Below are positions 1 to 10,599 of a DNA stretch of 24,048 nt, piece after piece. This DNA is from Octopus sinensis (lineage: Eukaryota). The position numbers and the translations under genes are program-made. Every line of letters starts with the position of its first letter. Position 1 is the first letter of the stretch. The stretch lies in the NCBI RefSeq assembly GCF_006345805.1, contig NW_021836470.1, forward strand, positions 1 to 24,048, read 5' to 3'. A model generated the notes under the pieces. It was not told the origin of the DNA and made no database searches. It saw nothing but the letters and a program-made list of their open reading frames with translations.

Positions 1-1402
1 ATAGTAACGTGTAGATGATGTGGTCCTCTCGCAATGAACTGGCAGTGCTGTTATGCTGTTGTTACGAAGAATGCCTTGATGATTATATAAGGTAGTTATG
101 TTCCAGTGTAATTTATTTCATTGTGATTGGATTATAGAGAAGACGTGATCGCCCAAACCTACAAGTTCTAAAATTCAATGTATCGACGTCAAATCCTCAC
201 AGGCGCTCCAACCATAAATTAGTTGAGTGAGTCACTGTGGAATTTAACAGTTCTTTGTTTTATATTTACTTATGTTTCGTGAGCGCATTCTGAAGACAGC
301 ATTTGAAGTTTGTGTGAGGAAAGTATGATGAGACTTGTCTGTCTTTCTTTGTTTCTATGTCTCATACAACACTGAACACTCTTTTGACTGATTCTAATTG
401 TATAAAATTATAAACTCTTATCTTCTATCATTTTGTAGTAATCGTTGTACAGTTGCGAATGAAAAACCTACTAAATTTTTCGCTTGATAAGCGAAATGCA
501 AAAATAATTTATCATTACTTCAAATACTGCGCATGCTCTGCTTTCTGCACTGAGTTTTGTCTTGTCTTTTTTCTGGTTGCAACTATTTAAATGTGACCTC
601 GATTCACACCATCTTTCAGCTAATTATTTCATAATCTGAGTAGTTAGATTTTAATATTGATTGAAATAGTTGTTGCTCTAGGACTGATGTTATAAGTCAG
701 TCATTAATAGTGAAAATGGAAAGACATTTAGGAACACAAAAGCTTTGTTTATTGATAGACAATATTTCTGCCATATGAGATTTAAACGTTTTGTGTATTG
801 GTCACATCACAAATAAAGTGCATTAGATACCTTTCGCATAGTCTTAGGTTTTCCCTGTAACGGCATCAGCAACTACAATTAATCTTTGTAACTTTTCACT
901 GTAATGGAAAAACTAACAATTGACGTGAACTAGGATCTAAGTAGCCAGCGAATCATTCTTTACAGTTTTACATTATTTAAATGCTACATTTGATAATGAA
1001 AGCCTGCGAGTCCCTAATAAGATGACATGGCACCAGCAGGAATAGATCTGATCTTATGTCTGAAAGATCAGAGCTGGTGTGAGCGAAACAAATCCTACAA
1101 AGGAAACTGAAAACTATTTTATAGCTACCTGGGTTGAATGTACCGTAGCACCATGTTCTTTGAAGAAGCAATGCTATGCTTCACCTGAATTAAGAGGCTG
1201 TGGTAATAAGAAGCTGTTGTATTAAGGGACTATTTTATTAATGTTGAGAAATTTGAGGAACACTATATCAAACAGAGAGAAAGATCGAAGTGGACAATAT
1301 TTTAAACACAGCTTGTTATCGAAAAGTATCGCATTATTTTGCTTTTGACTGGTGTGCCATTTCATTTAGCCTAAATACATAATATAACATGGTTGCTATT
1401 TA

Positions 1403-1740
1403 TCAGGATTTAAAAATGTCTATTGTTCTTAAAATATCTTGCAGGGCAATTCGCAAATAAAATGTTAAAAGGAAGTAAAAACGAAGCAATATTTCTAAAA
1501 TAATTGTAAATAAGATAAAAGAAAATATTGCTTTATCACCATGGTGATAATTGTAATAATAATCATAACCGAGAGGCAGAGATCCTGTGATTACATCACG
1601 AACAACAAAATCTTCAGTATTTCGAAGGAAAGAAAATAACAGCCAAAAGGGTGAGAGCATCACCATCCATAGTAACAGGAGATAACTGTCGTTGTTTATT
1701 AGTGTCGCAACGAAAATAAATAGAAGAAAATTACAACCCA
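1403..1740 (-). CDS. Candidate terminal coding exon of an unidentified multi-pass membrane protein (about 3 TM segments)
   Basis: Minus-strand acceptor tttttacatttttttcccaatttcag directly before 1740. Open phase-1 frame of about 112 codons to TGA at 1405-1403: GCNFLLFIFVATLINNDSYLLLLWMVMLSPFWLLFSFL-loop-AIFSFILFTIILEILLRFYFLLTFYL. Non-repetitive with mixed synonymous codons. AATAAA on minus at 1239-1234. A T-rich strand can yield hydrophobic ORFs by chance. Confidence 0.4.
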
Positions 1741-1744
1741 CTGA

Positions 1745-2050
1745 AATTGGGAAAAAAATGTAAAAACAGCAATAACAGTAGGAACAACATTAATGATAAA
1801 AACAGTGACAAGGACATAAATAAAATTATAAATAAAATTATAAAGCACACGAGCAACAACATCAACACCAAAGACAAGTATAATTTGAACGATCTCGAGA
1901 TAATAACACCAACAAGAACAAACAAATAATACATTCGAAATAACAATAACAAGTGAAGGACAATAGCAATGACAACAACAACAACATAAAAACAGCAGCA
2001 GCAGCAGCAGCTGTAGTAGCATAAAATGAAATTATATGAAATGGTGAAGT
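1745..2050. repeat. Degenerate (AAC/AAT/CAG) trinucleotide low-complexity tract
   Basis: Visible runs aacaacaac, cagcagcag, aataac. Confidence 0.8.
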
Positions 2051-2129
2051 AAACGTGATGAACATTAGAAAATACAAACAGAAAATAAGTCATACTGTCA
2101 GCATCTCCAAGACTAACATCTTTTATCAT

Positions 2130-2840
2130 CGTAATTTTCCTCATCACGGCAATGCTCATCCTAATCCTCACCATCCACCTCCTCCTCATCCCTCTCCTCC
2201 TCATCATCATCAGCACCATGGTCGTCGTCCTCCTCCTCCTACTCATTACCACCGTACCATCGCCATTGTCAATATTATCCGTCTACATCATAATCGTCAT
2301 CATGATCATCATAATCGTCGTCGTCGTCGTCGTCATCGCCTTTGTGGTCGTCATCATAAGCAACATCATCATCAACATATCATCATCATCATCTTCAGCA
2401 TTATCATCATCAACATTATCATCATCGTCGTCGTCGTCGTCGCCTTTGTGGCTGTCATCATAAGCAACATCATCATCATCATTATCATCATCGTCGTCGT
2501 CGTCGTCATCGCTTTTGTGGTCGTCATCATAAGCAACATCATCAACATATCATCATCATCGTCGTCGTCGTCATCATAAGCAACATCATCATCATCATCG
2601 TCGTCGTCGTCATCGCCTTTGTGGTCATCATCATAAGCAACATCATCATCAACATTATCATCATCTTCAACATTATCATCATCATCAACATATCATCATC
2701 ATCGTCATCATAAGCAACATCGTCATCATCATCATCGTCGTCGTCGTCGCCTTTGTGGTCGTCATCATAAGCAACATCATCATCAACATTATCATCATCA
2801 ACATTATCATCATCATCGTCGTCATCATCATCATAATAAG
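2130..2840. repeat. Compound (CAT/CGT)n minisatellite with recurring core CGCCTTTGTGGTCGTCATCATAAGCAACATC
   Basis: Core or near-core at about 2337, 2441, 2510, 2624 and 2748; shorter TCATCATAAGCAACATC also at about 2570 and 2705. Confidence 0.9.
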
Positions 2841-3620
2841 CAGAAGTAAGAGTAGCAACATTGCCATCATCGCAATCGTTATTGCCAAACGCCGACGCCC
2901 CCCCCCCCACCACCACCACCACCAATCGCTGATGCTGTTATCTTCATCGTCGATGTAATCCTCGCTTATAAGTTTCATTATGGCCGTCTTCGATGTTTTC
3001 GTCCGTCGCACTTGAGGTTGTTATCGTGATGAAGGCGACAGGAAGTTATAAATAATCAGCAACAACCAACCGCACCTCTGATTCAAAAACAGCAACAACA
3101 ACAACAACAACAACAACAACGACAGCAAGACTAAAATAGAAGAAAGAAGGCAAAAGGGAAAAAACAACAACATGAAAACAATACCAAAAACAGCATGAAG
3201 CAAAATACCAAGAGAAAAAATATTAAGAAAATTTACAAGAGAAATAAAAATGGAAATAGATAAATAGTATAAGACAAAATATGCGGGGGGGAAAAAAAAG
3301 GGTCAAAAACAACACCATTGCCCCACGAACTGAAAACATCAAAGAAAAAAAGAAAAGTAACAAAGATGAAGAAAAAAAAACAGCAACAAGAAGAACAATA
3401 GTGATGACAATGACAGCGACAACAACATGAGTAACAACGAAAGGCTGCATAAGATGAACGTCTGCAATGAGTACAGAAAGAGTAACAACAGTAAAAGACA
3501 AAAAAAAAAAGCTAAAAGCACATCATCACAAAAGAAATAACACGGAGACCACAACGAAGACAAGAAAAACATTCAAATACTAACGCTATTATTACGCTAG
3601 GACTCTTCCTCCTCCTTCTC

Positions 3621-3621
3621 T

Positions 3622-3669
<48 letters not shown>

Positions 3670-3793
3670 ACTACTACTACTGTTGCAGCTGCTGCTGCTG
3701 CTACTGCAGCTAGTACTATTATCATTACTACTGTTACTACTAATACTACTACTACTACTACTATTACTAATACTACTACTACTAATAATAATA

Positions 3794-3828
<35 letters not shown>

Positions 3829-4257
3829 ATTATTATTATTGTTGTTGTTGTTATTATTATCATTATCATCATCAACAACAACAACAATAATAATAATAGA
3901 TAGTGAGAAGCAGAAGACGAAGAAGAAGAAAGAAGAAAAGAGAAGAGGAAGAAGAAGAAGAGAAGAAAAAGAAGAGAAGGAGAAGAAGAAGAAGAAGAAG
4001 AATAAGAAGAAAAAAAAAAAAAAAAGAAAAGAAGAAGATGAAGAAGAAGTGGAAGAGAAGAAGAAGAAGAGAAGGGAAGAAGAAAGAAGAGAAGAAGTTG
4101 AATAAGAAAAAAGAAGAAGAAGAGAAATAAGAAAGGAGAAGAAGAAGATTAATAAGAGAAGGAATAAAAGAATTTGGAGAAGAAAAAAAAAACAAAAGTG
4201 GAATAAGAAAAGAAAGAAGAGAGAAGAAGAAGAAGAAGAAGAAGAAGAAGAAGAAGA
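3621..4257. repeat. Compound microsatellite (CTA)n/(AAT)n/(GAT)n followed by an about 350-bp (GAA)n-like polypurine tract
   Basis: Direct reading; 3905-4257 is almost entirely A/G on plus. Confidence 0.95.
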
Positions 4258-4534
4258 TAAACCTTTTCACTTTATATCTGCCACAAGGGCAGCATGGTGA
4301 ATAAGATCAGTAACAGAATCATGGGCTCCAATGAAGACGTTAGTAGCACTGCAAGAGCAACACAGAAATCCGAAATCTAATTTTTTTCGCATTATTTCAT
4401 TTACAATTTCAAGACTTCTTAGACGCTTTATCAAAGAACAAGAGGAATTAAATCAAAGACAGTTCAAAAGAAAGATAATAGCATTTACACTGAATATGTT
4501 AAGAGACAAAAAAAAAGTCGGAAATGAAAACCTT

Positions 4535-4546
4535 GTATGTGTGTGC

Positions 4547-4578
<32 letters not shown>

Positions 4579-4734
4579 GCTTACATGTATATATATATAT
4601 ACACTTATATATATATATACATACACATATATACAAACTATGTTTATATATATATATATATATATAAATATATTTGTATCTAAACATAGTATCTATATGT
4701 CTATATATCATATAATATAAATAGCTATATTGTA

Positions 4735-4786
<52 letters not shown>

Positions 4787-4960
4787 TATACACACAGACA
4801 TATATATTTATTTATATATGTATGTATAAATAAATATATATATGCATATGTGTGTGTATAAATATAATATATATATATATACATACATATATGTATGTGT
4901 GTATACATGCATGCATGCATATGAATATATATAAATATATATACATATATACATACATAC

Positions 4961-4992
<32 letters not shown>

Positions 4993-5736
4993 ATGTGCGT
5001 ATAAATGAGCATGTATGTACACACACATATATATGGGTGCCTTTTTGCTCTCGTGTATACATGTGTTACAATTTTATGCATGAAGGCATTCATAGAGGTG
5101 AGTGAATATATACAAATACGCGAATATATATATATATGTTTTATGTGGGTGTTCTGATTTTCATGCTCATGTGCGTGAGGTGGGGGGCAAAACATGTAAC
5201 TCCCGTGTCTCAATGAATTCTTGGATACAAATATGCTCGCTCACACATACACATCTGCCAACAAACCAACCCCAAGAATGTATTTTTATGTTACACAGTT
5301 ATGTAAATAATCTAAATGCAAATATACATTCACACACACACAAACACACACACACGCATGAGCACACATGTATGCATGCATTCGCTCACACATACATACA
5401 TGCATACATGCATGCATATACATATATATACATGCATATATACATACATGCATACATGCATACATACATATATAGAGAGATAGATAGATAGATGTTTATA
5501 AATATACACGGATATATGAATATAAACATACATTAATATGCATTTATGTGTGTGTGTATGCATGTGTGTGTGTGTGTGTGTGCGTGTGTATGTGTGCACA
5601 TAACATGCTGGTTTTTCGATGTGTCAGACTGAATATGCAAAATTTTCCTAATTTTGCCAGTGATGGCGAATGAAAATCTAAGGAATTAATTTCAAAACGC
5701 TATTAAGTATATATCTAAATATACATACATACTTAC

Positions 5737-5810
<74 letters not shown>

Positions 5811-5870
5811 CGTACGTATATATATATTTGTATGTATAATATGCTTACATACATGTGTATGGCTGACACA
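4535..5870. repeat. Interrupted (AT)n/(GT)n/(CA)n/(ATGC)-type dinucleotide low-complexity region
   Basis: Direct reading; source of the YIYI/HTHT ORFs. Confidence 0.9.
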
Positions 5871-6579
5871 TACACATAAACCCACTGTGCACAAAGGGAT
5901 CTTGAGACAAGGAAACGAAAATACACCGAGATATCCTTCGGTTCTTTCTATATTCTTTAACATCATAAAGTTTGCTGCTTCAACATGGCTTCTTGTGATT
6001 AATTTATAATTATATTCCAGCAAGTTTTTTTTATTTATTTTATTATCTTTACACCGGTTCCTATTGTTTTTATCTTGATCTTCTTTATAATTTTGTCGTT
6101 AATCATAATATATCTTATTGTATTATGTTTTGTTCTTGCCTCTGTCTTCGCATCTCTTTGGTTGATCATCTTGTGCAGTACATGCATCCATACACGTATG
6201 CATTCGTAAACACACACACATATATATTTCATATTACATTTTCGATGACGTCAGAATTTCAAATCGTTTTTTTCTCGTATTCTTTTGCGTCCTTTATCTT
6301 ACCTACGTAAGTAACTATGTGTGTGTATGTGCTTGCGTGTGTGTGTCTGCAGATGTGCGCTTGTGTGTTAGTGTGTGAGTATACGTGTGTGCGTGTGTGT
6401 CTGTTTTTATGTAGGAATAATTGTGTAAATATACTCACACACATGTATGTATATGTATTTGTATGCGTATACAAATGTGTATATAGAGAATGAATAATCT
6501 TCAGATGTGAAAACTGATATAAAACATATTATTAACATATTAATACCTTCATACTAACACATCAAAATAAGATTAAATG

Positions 6580-6646
6580 TATATGTATATAAATATATAT
6601 ATATATACAAGCATACATTCTTATACATACACACTCCACATGTATA

Positions 6647-6701
<55 letters not shown>

Positions 6702-6831
6702 CTTTATTTAAAGTAGCAGAAAATTCAACAAAATCTGTTACTCTGAGTTTCTCGTTGCCGTTCATCAGACAGTTTTTGTTAGAATATACATATGTGTGAG
6801 CTTGTGTATGTATGTATATGTATAGATATCT

Positions 6832-6905
<74 letters not shown>

Positions 6906-7005
6906 CTACTTATATATAGATATACATACATATCTATATATGCGTGTGTATGTTTGTATTTATATATACATTTATATGTATGTTTGTGTGCATATATATA
7001 TGTGT

Positions 7006-7090
<85 letters not shown>
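6580..7090. repeat. (AT)n, (GA)n, (GT)n microsatellite cluster surrounding an about 85-bp unique island (6700-6785)
   Basis: Direct reading. Confidence 0.9.
6727..6780 (-). ncRNA. Type I minimal hammerhead ribozyme motif (Penelope-type terminal repeat remnant)
   Basis: Minus strand reads AACAAAAACUGU-CUGAUGA-ACG(GCAA)CGA-GAAA-CUC-A-GAG-UA|ACAGAUUUUGUU. Stem I pairs 11 of 12, both core boxes are intact, the cleavage triplet is GUA (6741-6739), and stem II has a GCAA tetraloop with an A.A mismatch at 10.1/11.1. AAUAAA (6708-6703) and (AT)n follow. Confidence 0.85.
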
Positions 7091-7539
7091 TGCGTTACCC
7101 CAATCCTCTACTTGCAGTTTTGGATAATTTTATTTATATCAAATATGAAGAAATATGTTCCTGTGAAGCAAGAAAAAAATATCTCTGTAACCTACCAGGC
7201 TTAATACCTCTTTCTACGATACTGCGTGACTATAGCCTAATGACGCTTTCTCTATGGATTCACGCCCGATGGTTGAAAGTATATCTTTCTAATTTTTTCA
7301 ATGCGTTGTTTCATCTAAAGATAGGAAAATAAAATCTATCGTAGACAGAATTTTCAACGTATTTTTTATCCTTGCCCACACCACGTTAAATATCATTGAC
7401 ATCACCACCTCCTTCCTTCTCTTCCACCTTCATCGAACTCTTCCACCTTCATCGAGCTCTTTTACAATTCCCTGCTCCTTCTTTCCCACTTTTCTGTCTT
7501 TTTCCCCTCTTCATTCTCTACCTTAATTACATCACCTTA

Positions 7540-7656
7540 TGCATATATAATTATTATTAATACTAATACTACAACAAATATATTTTGCTATTGTTATTAT
7601 TATCATTGTTCTTGCAGCAATCATCATCATCATTATTATTATTATTATTATTATTA

Positions 7657-7693
<37 letters not shown>

Positions 7694-7854
7694 GTTGTTG
7701 TTGTTGTTGTTGTTGTTATTGAATGAGAGAGCAGTGCATGCCATCAAAGTGACACTGGGGTAATATATACGAAGCCCAGTATGCCCATCATGACTACCCC
7801 TCCGATAAGGGTACACTAGGCACATTATTATTATTATTACTATTATTATTATTA

Positions 7855-7902
<48 letters not shown>
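7540..7902. repeat. (TTA)n/(TTG)n microsatellites interrupted by a 104-bp unique insert
   Basis: Direct reading. Confidence 0.9.
7721..7824. mobile_element. Fragment of an interspersed repeat embedded in (TTA)n
   Basis: Unique GC-richer insert flanked on both sides by TTA arrays. It resembles a common octopus repeat as recalled from memory (unverified). Confidence 0.5.
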
Positions 7903-8110
7903 GCCTTTGCACAGCTTCTAACGCTGGAGATGTACTACAGTGTCAGCTGTTCCCTACCAGTGAACAAAGCTAATACCTCTTATTTTTCAAGCAACTTCCG
8001 GAGTATTCGAGCGGTTCCAAGTAGTGCTGTTTTCTGCAAGTGCTCCAACCTTATTGCAGCCCCTATTTGTTCAACGTACTTCTCGAGATTTTTGCTCATT
8101 GTTCCCAGAC
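7903..8110 (-). mobile_element. R4/Dong-clade non-LTR retrotransposon 3' end (ORF C-terminus + 3' UTR + (AAT)n tail)
   Basis: Minus translation LGTMSKNLEKYVEQIGAAIRLEHLQKTALLGTARILRKLLEK*, the typical C-terminus of RLE-encoding R4/Dong ORFs; runs directly into (AAT)n. Confidence 0.85.
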
Positions 8111-8134
8111 AGTATCATGCTATTTGTTCTTTTC

Positions 8135-8203
8135 CGCTATTATTCTGGTCGTGCCAAGGAGGGAGACCTTTTGTAAAAGTTCTACTGGGCACTATATTTC
8201 AAA
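8135..8203 (-). mobile_element. Second short R4/Dong C-terminal fragment
   Basis: Minus translation CPVELLQKVSLLGTTRII, same motif as LQKTALLGTARIL. Confidence 0.6.
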
Positions 8204-8368
8204 GGTGGCGAGCTGGCAGAAACGTTAGCACACCGGGCGAAATGCTTAGCGATATGTCGTCTGTCTTTACGTTCTGAGTTCAAATTCCACAGAAGTCGTC
8301 ATTGCCTTTCATCGTTTCGAGGTCGATAAATTAAGTACCAGTTGCGTACCGGGGTCGATCTGATCGAG
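8203..8368 (+). mobile_element. tRNA-derived SINE (octopus-type), copy 1
   Basis: A-box-like TGGCAGAAACG at about 8214 and B-box-like GTTCAAATTCC at about 8278. Body ttgcctttcatc...gtcgataaattaagtaccag...ggggtcgat is similar to the adjacent copy. Confidence 0.85.
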
Positions 8369-8374
8369 TAGAAA

Positions 8375-8572
8375 AGAATTGTTAGCACACCGAGCTTGGC
8401 AGTATTTCAGCCGTCGCTACATTCTAAATTCAAATTCCGCCGAGATCAACTTTCCCTTTCATACTTTCGGGGTCAAGAAATTAAGTTCCAGTAGAGTACT
8501 GGGGTGGATATAATCGACTTAACTCCTCCCATGAAATTCCAGGTCTTGTATCTATATTAGAAGGGATTATTA
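8375..8572 (+). mobile_element. tRNA-derived SINE, copy 2 (tandem, 5'-trimmed, ends in attattatt)
   Basis: gttagcacaccg...ttcaaattccgccgag...ctttcatactttcggggtc...aaattaagt...agtactggggt aligns by eye to 8203-8368. Confidence 0.8.
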
Positions 8573-8749
8573 TTTTTTTTAATCTGCATGTTTTTTATAT
8601 TCACTTGCCGAGACACACTCAGCGTCCTGGGGCGAGTGGGGGATGAGAGATGTTACAGTTTGAATGAAATCTTGGAGAGGACAAGTGGCAGTGGCAGTGG
8701 CAGTAGCCAAATATCTTCATATAATACAATACATGCATTTAAATTGTTA

Positions 8750-9292
8750 GGGTGGTTTTCCTGGGATCGCATTCCCACCTTTTTTTTATCATACCTAGGG
8801 TACCCACTATAACAGGAACAATTCTCACTTTAAGATGCTACATGCTTTGTATTTCAATTTCCAGGTCCTTTTATTTACTTAATTTGTCAAATTCCTTTAC
8901 AGATATATATCAATCAGTGGGAACACTTACATCTTTTAGTCACAAGTGTTTTCTTCTCACTCTTTAATGATTATGTCTGATCGATTAGTCTGAGTCATTC
9001 TGTCAGTGTTGACTGGAAAATTTCAGAGGATAGTGACATTTTTACCTTCAACGAATGTCTCAGGATGACGTTTATACCAGTAAGCAGGAGTACTGCCTTT
9101 GTAGTGTTTACATATTTTCCAACGTAAATATTGTCCTACCCTATCGTGGCGTATTTTGTATTCGCTTGGTGTCAGCACTGGACATCCCAAGATGCGATGG
9201 TCTATTGTTCCGTCAAATGTGTCGCAGAATCTGCATTTAGGGTCGGAACCGTTTTGAAGAACGCTATCCTGGTAGTGATTTGTAAACAAGCT
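8750..9292 (-). mobile_element. R4/Dong-clade fragment (decayed CCHC knuckle + RLE)
   Basis: Minus: NHYQDSVLQNGSDPKCRFCDTFDGTIDHRILGCPVLTPSEYKIRHDRVGQYLRWKICKHY...NVTIL*NFPVNTDR...NRSDIIIK...FDKLSK*KDLEIEI...VPVIVGTLGMIK; contains stops and frameshifts. Confidence 0.9.
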
Positions 9293-9295
9293 AAC

Positions 9296-9968
9296 AATAT
9301 GAAACTGGGGTTCTTGTAAACTGGACATAATACCATCCTTCGTCTTACGTGTTTAAATTATAGACAGAATCTTTACAATTCCAATATAGTCCCATATAAG
9401 ATTAAGACACATCTGTTGTCAAAACAGGAATAACAGACAAACAAGTATGTTCAATATTTTGAATGTCTTTTGAAACAAGAGAAATGCCAACGAGTGACAG
9501 TCTCAGATAAGATGAAGATTGTATCTTACCGAGTGGCAGAATTGATAGCTCAGCAGACGTAACTGTATACAATAGATGAAAGATTGATTGTGGAAACTTT
9601 GGTGGGATGCCGAGCGAGAAGTTATGAAAATTCTTTTGTCTGATAATACAATTTGTAGAAGAATAGCGGATATGTCAACTAATTTTGTGAAGCGTATTTC
9701 CGAAAGTAGGAAGAATTTTGAAGTTAACATTGAAGTTGGTGAATAGACTGATGTTAGTGGAAAAGCACTGTTGTTGGTCTCTATAAGTTTCGCTCACAAT
9801 GGCAAAATAGTCGCAGTTTCTATTTTGCAAGGAACTTGAGAATTATAACAGCAAATAAGATATTGTTTTAAAACTTCTCTGAGCTTAGTAAAAATGTGTG
9901 ATATGATGTGATATTTTGTATTGGAATATATAGGGTTGGAGAACGCTGTATGACAGGGAATGCTAAGG
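9296..9968 (+). pseudogene. hAT-superfamily (Buster/Charlie, ZBED5/FAM200-like) transposase remnant
   Basis: Plus, collinear with stops and frameshifts: MKLGF...NSNIVPYKIKTHL...QYFECLLK...VSYRVAELIAQ...LLSDNTICRRIADMS...E*TDVSGKALLL...FAHNGKIV...LFCKELE...CIGIYRVGERCMTG. Matches the PSKLKRHL, SYxVAxxIA, LSxNTxxRRI, DESTD, FCKEL and CxGxxTDGAxxMxG motifs. Confidence 0.9.
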
Positions 9969-9984
9969 TACGCATTATAATGAA

Positions 9985-10150
9985 TCGAATGAATCGACCC
10001 CAGTACTTATATTTTAAGCCTAGTTTTTATTCGATCTTACCTTTCGCAGAACTATTAAGTTACGGGGACGAAAGCCTACTAACATCGGTTATCGAGCGGT
10101 GATGGGTGACAAGCACATATGCACACTCACACACACACTCACACAAACAT
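9985..10150 (-). mobile_element. SINE fragment (3' part with internal CA repeat), inverted
   Basis: Reverse complement of 9993-10009 is TAAGTACTGGGGTCGAT, shared with the SINEs at 8203-8572; the rest resembles a common octopus SINE as recalled from memory. Confidence 0.7.
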
Positions 10151-10599
10151 ACGCACAAACACACATACGTATGTATATTATACAATCCCGTGGAGGTAAG
10201 ATCGACAAAAATGTACTCCACCTGATGAGAAAAATATGGTTTAATGAACACAAAATTTCAAGAGTTATTAATAGATTCATGCAACGAAGACAGCACAGAC
10301 AGCATCTTATAACACACCTAGTGCCTTCATGCATTTTTCAAGTTGTGCTCACATGACATATACAAGGTAAGACGGGACGAAAGAATAAGAGAAAATACAA
10401 GAAAAGGCAAGCAAATAGATGTAAAAGACCGCAGAGTGAAACCAAGAGAAAACGAAATGTAAAGGAAAAAAAGAAAACAGATAAAGCAAAAAAAAAAATG
10501 GATGTGAAGTAGATAAATGACCCCTTTTACTGAAATGCCATAAAAAGGCAGAACAAACGGGCATCTAGTGTTTGTGGTACAGCCGCCTAATCATTAGAG

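Noticed and set aside
80-240. TATA-like (TATATAAG about 84), reverse CCAAT (about 125), CRE-like GACGTCA (about 186) and AP-1 TGAGTCA (228-234)
   Set aside because: Short motifs expected by chance in AT-rich DNA; order does not fit a promoter and no linked transcript start.
1059-1090. CTGAAAGA...GAAAC hammerhead-like spacing
   Set aside because: Extra base in the core and no stem I or III pairing.
1699-4270. Many long ORFs (poly-H, poly-S, poly-K/E/R, poly-L)
   Set aside because: Translations of trinucleotide repeats in all frames; no splice or domain evidence.
4288-4380. Possible plus-strand terminal exon GSMVNKISNRIMGSNEDVSSTARATQKSEI*
   Set aside because: Short, modest acceptor, no recognisable homology; equally good pseudo-exons exist on the opposite strand.
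4499-7204. YIYI/HTHT/CVCV ORFs
   Set aside because: Dinucleotide microsatellite artefacts.
7108-7332. Open plus frame after acceptor ctacttgcag ([19 protein letters not shown]...)
   Set aside because: Only a vague LRR-N-cap resemblance; no strong donor or linked exon.
10343-10366. 24-nt micro-exon candidate (LCSHDIYK) with donor AAG|gtaaga
   Set aside because: AAG acceptor is weak and there is no supporting context; strong GTAAGA donors occur by chance several times here.
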